This document shows, in pieces, positions 59,995 through 60,801 of a DNA stretch of 60,801 bases (position 1 is its first letter; the number at the start of each line of letters is the position of its first letter). The stretch lies in contig KZ537983.1 of assembly GCA_000934665.2 (NCBI GenBank), positions 124,001 to 184,801 of the forward strand, read 5' to 3'. The notes below the pieces were generated by a model. The model was not told the origin of the DNA. It did no database searches and was given only the letters and a program-made list of their open reading frames with translations. Origin of the DNA: Catajapyx aquilonaris (lineage: Eukaryota). The position numbers and the translations under genes were made by a program.

Positions 59995-60801
59995 CTGAAA
60001 GGAGATGATACACACATGAGACGTGATGGACCATGCTCAAATGTATGGTTTGTGTGTGGCACTGGCACACAATTCAAAGCTTCATTTTAGTCAGCATTAC
60101 ACCTCATCACTACAAAAATGCAATATGCACTGCAGCCTGCATGGTTTCTGTTTGTTTTTGTTTTTTACAGCCCTACGGCCCACATTTAAATGGCTGGAAA
60201 AAACCCAGTACGCAATCAGGCATGTCTTGGACTGACTGAAGCTCAGCTACTCAAAAGCAAGCTCATGAGAGCAAATGTGAATGTAGCACACACACACACA
60301 CACAAATCATTGGACTTGCAGCAAGTGTGGCACAGTTTGACACAATTTAATGTTCTCAGCAGAGGCATGGACTGAGAGGTGACATTGATGTTCTCCAACA
60401 GATATCCATCAAGAGTCTGAATATTGAGCCTTGTGTGACCAGTCTTTATTAGTACCATGGTGCAATAAGCTGTGATTTCAGTGGTATTCCTTCAAGGGAA
60501 GTCACACTTGGCCAAGGGATGTAAGGTGGGGTCTACACTGGAAGGGTCAGATCTCAAGACACAGCAGCCAATATTGGCAGGAAAAACTCAGTCATAATGC
60601 TGAGTGAGTAATAGTTGGGCGAGTAAGGAAAAAAAAACTGCACTTTATGAGGAGAACACCACACTTGGCATACATCATGTCCACACCTATTGTCAACGTT
60701 TAGAAAGGGGAGCCACCTGATACCTATCCCCAAAACAAAATGGCGGTCATGTTTCCAAAAATGGCCGCCTTTAAAATTTAAATTTCCTTCATTACCTGAA
60801 T

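Overview
Eukaryotic (invertebrate metazoan, possibly arthropod) genomic DNA with short, mostly 50-100 nt spliceosomal introns; not prokaryotic, no CRISPR or rRNA. The right half (27-61 kb) is a compact gene cluster: DPYD (-), a LEXM/CIMAP2-like ciliary PGPGxY-repeat gene (+), vasa/DDX4 (-), an ERICH3/DUF4590-like gene (+), a kinesin-14 (Ncd/KIFC1-like) gene (-) and the last exon of a second kinesin-14 paralogue. The left half (1-27 kb) has no recognisable protein family and is rich in palindromic MITEs. It does contain a hand-assembled multi-exon minus-strand gene, missed by the ORF track, encoding a signal-peptide-bearing Cys-containing protein that I cannot assign to a family. Introns carry two tRNA-derived SINE families with clean TSDs and many foldback/MITE families (Tc1/mariner-like, piggyBac-like, hAT-like), some nested. 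Other points: two GC-AG introns in DPYD, two head-to-head promoters, and DRE/CHR motifs before the kinesin. Family calls are from recognition of motifs, not from database searches.
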